From the NCBI GenBank assembly GCA_038887515.1, contig JAWAKK010000001.1, positions 448,001 through 512,000 of the forward strand: 64,000 nt of DNA. Reading direction: 5' to 3'. The notes below the pieces were generated by a model. That model was not told where the DNA came from. It made no database searches and worked only from the letters and a program-made list of their open reading frames with translations. The DNA is from Candidatus Nezhaarchaeales archaeon. GTDB taxonomy: Archaea; Thermoproteota; Methanomethylicia; Nezhaarchaeales; WYZ-LMO8. Positions 59,136 through 64,000 of the stretch are shown piece after piece. How positions within the stretch are numbered: the first letter of the stretch is position 1; the number at the start of each line of letters is the position of its first letter. The translations under genes were made by a program, and so were the position numbers.

Positions 59136-59789
59136 TTGTCTAAGATTGAGAGGTTCGCTAAGAGATGGGATAGACAGTTGAAGGAGCCAACGTCGTCCAA
59201 AGTGAAAACTTTGTTCTTCCCCGACGTCCCTCTAAAGTATAAGATAGACCTAGCGATAAGTAAAATGAAAATACAAGTAGATAAACTCGATCAAGTAAGT
59301 GCAAGACTCATGAACAGAGATAAGGAAATCTTCGAGAAGGTTGTCGACGCATACATGAAGCATGATACCGAAAGAGCTACCCTCTATGCAAATGAGCTCG
59401 CCGAGTTAAGAAAGATGAGTAAAATTATACTGTACAGTAAATTGTCGCTCGAAAAGGTTCTCTTAAGGCTTGGGACTATAAAGGATGTCGGTGAGCTCCT
59501 AATTGCGGTGGCACCAGCTGTAGGTGTTGTAAGGGCAATTAAGAGTAGTCTGTCGGGGCTACTACCTGACGCAGAACAAGAGCTAAGAGAGTTGGGCGAC
59601 GTTCTTAACGGGCTAGTTACAGAAATAGGCGAAACGACAGGACAATCGCCAGTACTAGAGGCTACTGAAGAGGCTCAGAAGATCTTGGAAGAAGCAATGA
59701 TGATGGCTGAACAGAAAATGAGAGAGAAGTTACCTGAAATACCAACTTCAGGGGTAGCATCCTCAGATAAACAGAAGACCATCAAGTAG
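59136..59789 (+). CDS. cdvB: ESCRT-III/Snf7 family CdvB paralogue (CdvB1/B2-like)
   Basis: RD..IFEKVV.A....D..RA.LYANELAE.RK..K, LE.V.LRL.TI, EAQKILEEA..AE..LPEIP. Confidence 0.85.
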   Translation: MSKIERFAKRWDRQLKEPTSSKVKTLFFPDVPLKYKIDLAISKMKIQVDKLDQVSARLMNRDKEIFEKVVDAYMKHDTERATLYANELAELRKMSKIILYSKLSLEKVLLRLGTIKDVGELLIAVAPAVGVVRAIKSSLSGLLPDAEQELRELGDVLNGLVTEIGETTGQSPVLEATEEAQKILEEAMMMAEQKMREKLPEIPTSGVASSDKQKTIK

Positions 59790-59917
59790 GGGTTGAGCGG
59801 TTTAAATCCAAGATCGACCTACAAAATACTGATATCCTTAGAATTTTTTACAACGTTTTAGAAAGTTTAGCGAACAGTGCTAGTAAGGAATAACTTGCAA
59901 TGATTATACCTTTATCG

Positions 59918-60895
59918 CTACATCCTTCCTTTAAAGGAGCCTTCTAAGAAGGCCTTGTAGAGTCTTATAGGTTTAGTCTCTCCTGGGTCCACTTTTCTTA
60001 GCTTTGCTAAAATAATTGATGAAAGGCCTACAATCCACGAACCAAATAGCATGGTCTCGAGGTAACCCGATTTGCCGACATCAATTATCTTAGGATCGTA
60101 GCCAAGTCCTCTAAAGTAATCAGCTGCAAAGTCTATTAGGGTGCTAGGACCGTCTTTAAAAAGTACTGGCCTCAACCAATCTCTCCGCATCTCCTCCCAC
60201 CCGACTATATCGTTATGCCCCCACTCTGGTAACACTTCAACCTTACACAAAACCTTCGAGTTTTCGTTAAACTCATTCTTAGCCCTAAGCCCCAGCGGGT
60301 AAAGGTCCTCTGTTACTACGAAAACAGGGAAGCGCGAGTACAACGAAGAAGCTAGCTCTTCCGAGACCTTGAGGGCTGTCTGATCTTTAAGTACCTCAAC
60401 TCCCCTCTCTACGTTCAAGTTTAGGTTCAACAGCGAGCCGAGTAATTTTACGGTCCCCGCAAGCAGTGCTGGCAATGCCGATCTTGGAACATGACCTTTC
60501 TCAACTGTGATACGCGGTATCTTCAGCTCTTCAGCTACTGCTAACAATTGCCCGCCGGAAGCAATTACTGAAGTCTTAGCCCCTCTTTTGACGACCTCGC
60601 GGAATGCAATTATAGTCTCTAAGGTCTCACCTGAGTAGCTCAGAGTTATAGCAAGCCAATTCTTACCAACACACTTTGGTGGGTAAAAGTTCTTAACCGT
60701 AATTATTGGAATTTCGATCGTCTTCTCTAAGTACTTCGAGACCATATCTCCGACTATTCCGGAGCCTCCCATACCGATAAAGGCGATGCCTCGAAGAGAA
60801 TTTAGATCTAAAGTCTCAGCATCCAGTACTTCGTTCCTCAGAGCTCTCTCGAGCTGAGAGCTCCAATTAAGGTAGTCTTCGAATAGGTAGTCCAT
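59918..60895 (-). CDS. Bifunctional phosphoglucose/phosphomannose isomerase
   Basis: GMGGSG, SYSGET.ET, PR, KNEFNENSK, PEWGHN. Confidence 0.9.
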   Translation of the reverse strand: MDYLFEDYLNWSSQLERALRNEVLDAETLDLNSLRGIAFIGMGGSGIVGDMVSKYLEKTIEIPIITVKNFYPPKCVGKNWLAITLSYSGETLETIIAFREVVKRGAKTSVIASGGQLLAVAEELKIPRITVEKGHVPRSALPALLAGTVKLLGSLLNLNLNVERGVEVLKDQTALKVSEELASSLYSRFPVFVVTEDLYPLGLRAKNEFNENSKVLCKVEVLPEWGHNDIVGWEEMRRDWLRPVLFKDGPSTLIDFAADYFRGLGYDPKIIDVGKSGYLETMLFGSWIVGLSSIILAKLRKVDPGETKPIRLYKAFLEGSFKGRM

Positions 60896-61124
60896 TCGCC
60901 TTACCTCTAAAAGTCATTCATATAGGCTCTATATCTATAAACGTAGCAGGACTTCAATAAGGAATTCCTCAAAAATGTCACTTGAACTATGAACGGCTCT
61001 CTAGCCCGTTACGCGATAGCCCTAGATGCTGTACAGGCTTTAACGGTCCTAAAGGTTCTTCAACATTAAAGCAGTAGGCATATCTTCAACACGAATACCT
61101 GTAGTATGTGTTTACTCTATTAAG

Positions 61125-62018
61125 TTAAACGAATGAGGACATGACCTCAGAAGCGAACTTCTTAGTCATATCTATATATTTCTCGGGTGGAGGCGTTGGG
61201 ACGAACTCGATTATGAAATATTGGCATCCAGCTTTCTGGTAGCTCTCTATGACATCAACGCATTCAGAAAAGTCTCTTATTATAAGCCCTATCATTAATA
61301 GGTAGCCAAATGTAAATTGACTCGGATCCCTTCCATACTTCTTCATGTACTCTTTAATTATCTTTACCCTCATCTCGTAGTCCTCTGGAGAGCGAACCCC
61401 ATGTGGGGATGGAGGGGGAACAGAATGAGGGAACCAGCCGTCAAAATACTTCGCGGTTAACATAAGGGCCCGTTTTCCTAAGCCCCCAGACCACAATGGT
61501 GGGTGAGGTCTTTGTATAGGTTTTGGTAGTAAAATCGCGTTTCTTAACTTATAGTACTTCCCCTCGAAGTTTACGTTATACTCGGTCCACAGTTTGAGTA
61601 TTAATTCTAAGCCTTCTACGAACCTCTCTAACCTCGTATCGACGTCTTCGAGCTTTGCTTGAGGAGAATAATTTACAAACTCACCTTCATAGAAGCCTAT
61701 TCCAAACCCGGCTATAACTCTACCCTTCGAGAGGTAGTCAACGTTAGCTATTACCTTAGCAAGTTGACTGGGGATCCATCTAGGTATCGGATTCACAATG
61801 CTTCCAAGCCTTATCTTGTTGGTCTTAGCTGCTACGTAAGCTAGAGTGGTCCAGCAGTCTACTAATTCGTTTGATGGAAATGGAGGAACTGGAAGCTCGT
61901 AGTGGTCCGGTATGACTATAGAGTCGAAGCCTAGATCTTCAACCGTTATACACCAATCTGCAAACTTACTTACATCGCTCCAAGGATGTGGTGATGGATT
62001 TATACCGAAGCGTAGCAT
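61125..62018 (-). CDS. LLM-class (probably F420-dependent) oxidoreductase
   Basis: PDH, TLAYVAA.T..IRLG, LAK...VD.LS.GR, F.GKYY, PKP.Q.PHPP. Confidence 0.85.
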   Translation of the reverse strand: MLRFGINPSPHPWSDVSKFADWCITVEDLGFDSIVIPDHYELPVPPFPSNELVDCWTTLAYVAAKTNKIRLGSIVNPIPRWIPSQLAKVIANVDYLSKGRVIAGFGIGFYEGEFVNYSPQAKLEDVDTRLERFVEGLELILKLWTEYNVNFEGKYYKLRNAILLPKPIQRPHPPLWSGGLGKRALMLTAKYFDGWFPHSVPPPSPHGVRSPEDYEMRVKIIKEYMKKYGRDPSQFTFGYLLMIGLIIRDFSECVDVIESYQKAGCQYFIIEFVPTPPPEKYIDMTKKFASEVMSSFV

Positions 62019-62090
62019 GACTTAAACTCTCCAACGTTTAGTTATAAGCTTTAAGTACCGTTTAGCATAGCACATGGAGGTTACTCTACC

Positions 62091-63374
62091 TCAGAAGTTA
62101 GGGCGTATGAATATTAAGTAATGCAGCACCTCTCCAACAAGTATCGCCGCTACTGTGTAGGGCACTCCAAACCTCATGAACTCTACGAAAGAGACTTTAA
62201 ATCCCTTCTTCTCTAGTAAGCCAACGGCTATAGCGTTTGCCGACGCCCCTATGTAAGTGCAATTTCCACCTAAGCTTCCTCCTATGAGGAGGGCCCACAT
62301 GAGGGTGTGGACATCCATGGATGAAGTCGTTGATAACTTCATCACTACCGGTATCATGGCAGCGAAGTACGGTATGTTGTCTATGAAGGCGGAGAAAAGT
62401 ACTGAAATCCATATGATGGTAGTTGAAGCTACCATGATGTCGGACTTGCATAAACCACAGAGCATTGATGCTACCGCATCTATGAAGCCCGTTTCAGCTA
62501 ATCCACCAACCATCAATAGAACGGAGGCCACGAATACTGTTGACTTCCAGTCAATCCCTTTAATCACTTTTTTAAGTGATCTGTCTCGCGGGGCTCTTAA
62601 AGCTAAAAGTATTAAAGCCCCCATGATTGGGGGGAACCATAGGGGTATTCCGTAGATATTTCTGATACTCAAAAGTGCAATTACAACAGCTAAAACCCCG
62701 ATGGCTTCTACGAGTAAGGCCTTATCCTTTATAGGTTCAAGTTCGATACTGAAGCTTGACGAGCGTGAATTCTTAAGGTACTTCTTAGCCGTAATCGTTA
62801 GTGTTAGAGCAGCTACTGGGCATGAAGCCATTATCATGAAAAATATGCTAGGCTTTCCCTCAAATACTATGAAGTCTAAGAAACTCATGTTTAAGGCGGA
62901 CGCAACCATCATGCTTGGCGGGTCTCCAATCATGAGGGCTGCACCCACTAAGTTAGAGCCCAACGCGACGCCGATTACGTACGGTACGGCACTAACTTCA
63001 AAAGCTCTTGCAAGACTAATTGCTATTGGAGCAAGGAGCAGGGTCGTCGAGACGTTGTCTAAAATAGCTGAGATTAGAGAGCCCAAGAGGACTAGGGTTA
63101 TCAGAGCATGCATTGACCTAAATCCAGTAATCTTCACTATCTTCGATGAAATCCAACCTGCAAGGCCTGACATCTCTAGGTAGTAAGTTATTATCGACAT
63201 TCCTACCAGTAGTCCTACAACGTTTACGTCTAAGTACTTTGGAGCCTTGTCCAAGGGCAGTATACCAACAGCTATAAGGGTTGCTATTGAAACTAAACCT
63301 ATGTAGACCCTATGCACCTTACCCCACACGATGAGCACTACTGATATCGCAAAGATAGCGACTGCAATTATCAT
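62091..63374 (-). CDS. ArsB/NhaD/P-protein family ion transporter
   Basis: LDNVST, IGDPP, IDNIP, GGNCT.IGASAN. Confidence 0.85.
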   Translation of the reverse strand: MIIAVAIFAISVVLIVWGKVHRVYIGLVSIATLIAVGILPLDKAPKYLDVNVVGLLVGMSIITYYLEMSGLAGWISSKIVKITGFRSMHALITLVLLGSLISAILDNVSTTLLLAPIAISLARAFEVSAVPYVIGVALGSNLVGAALMIGDPPSMMVASALNMSFLDFIVFEGKPSIFFMIMASCPVAALTLTITAKKYLKNSRSSSFSIELEPIKDKALLVEAIGVLAVVIALLSIRNIYGIPLWFPPIMGALILLALRAPRDRSLKKVIKGIDWKSTVFVASVLLMVGGLAETGFIDAVASMLCGLCKSDIMVASTTIIWISVLFSAFIDNIPYFAAMIPVVMKLSTTSSMDVHTLMWALLIGGSLGGNCTYIGASANAIAVGLLEKKGFKVSFVEFMRFGVPYTVAAILVGEVLHYLIFIRPNF

Positions 63375-63599
63375 ATCGCTCAGCGTTGTCAGTACCCCCT
63401 GACTGGTACGGTCTAGCCGCTTTCTTAAAACCTCGTAGCCGGAAACTTATATTTCGACCCATCACTTCAAGTTCTAAGAATCGATATTTTGCCTACCTAC
63501 GTCATCGGGATCGTTGTAACAAAAGCTAATGAAGCTTCGAATATAGCCTCTACTTATGCTCAGAGGGTATGAAAAAGTGTGAGAAAAGAATATAGTTGC

Positions 63600-63968
63600 T
63601 TAAAGGGCCATGCCGCACACCGAACACTTGTATGTATCTCGCCTAACAGACCAATAAATTATTGCTGGGACTACACCTATTACCAGAACTAGTAGTAGAA
63701 ATGCTATTGATGTTGCTATCGCAACTGGGTATAGTGCTGAAATTAATGCTTCAAGGCCAAAGAGCTCTAAAGGGGTATCAGCAGTCATCGACCTTAAAAG
63801 TGAGGATAGGGCCAGCATGAAGAGTACGTTGAAGACCAGAAATATCAAGAAAGGTAGAAGCCCTATAACCATTAGCCCAGCAAATGTGAGACGAGAAAAG
63901 CGCTTCTTAGGCACGATCCTGCTGTGACAGTACGGGCACTCTATTTCAACCGTAGTCTGTCCGCTCAT
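63600..63968 (-). CDS. Membrane zinc-ribbon protein, LITAF-like architecture
   Basis: CPYC - two hydrophobic helices - CSVC. Confidence 0.55.
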   Translation of the reverse strand: MSGQTTVEIECPYCHSRIVPKKRFSRLTFAGLMVIGLLPFLIFLVFNVLFMLALSSLLRSMTADTPLELFGLEALISALYPVAIATSIAFLLLVLVIGVVPAIIYWSVRRDTYKCSVCGMAL

Positions 63969-64000
63969 AGTTCACCTGCTAAAACAACGTATATGGTTTA

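Noticed and set aside
1-64000. CRISPR arrays, tRNA/rRNA, IS elements, selenocysteine read-through in hdrA/fwdB
   Set aside because: No spaced repeats, T-loop motifs or transposases seen by eye; hdrA and fwdB frames are uninterrupted and use Cys.

Overview
Archaeal chromosomal window, most likely Thermoproteota/TACK. This is inferred from a CdvB/ESCRT-III paralogue, short Xpf, PGI/PMI and tetraether synthase together with Hdr/Fwd genes, which fit a Methanomethylicia/Nezhaarchaeales-like anaerobe. No tRNA, rRNA, CRISPR or transposase was seen. The most striking locus (7156-14242) is fwdG - fwdB-like - hdrA/mvhD fusion - fwdF - [fwdD on the opposite strand] - hdrC - hdrB. It has no fwdA/fwdC and no hydrogenase or Fdh donor, and its FwdB-like subunit keeps the metal-ligand Cys but has lost the CO2-reduction His/Arg/His residues. 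Other points: a ~9 kb block separates the normally adjacent ACT (UPF0237) and UPF0210 genes and holds a gpgS-RCK-mscS-HAD osmoadaptation operon plus a decaying glycerol/lysophospholipase operon. There is one strong C/D box sRNA (predicted target 23S H69, C1920 equivalent) and two weaker candidates, two unannotated small peptides, a perfect 94-bp repeat shared by two ABC ATPases, a subfamily II IDH, and repeated GTATTA motifs plus a 26-bp palindrome upstream of cdvB. All family calls come from motif recognition by eye; no searches were run.
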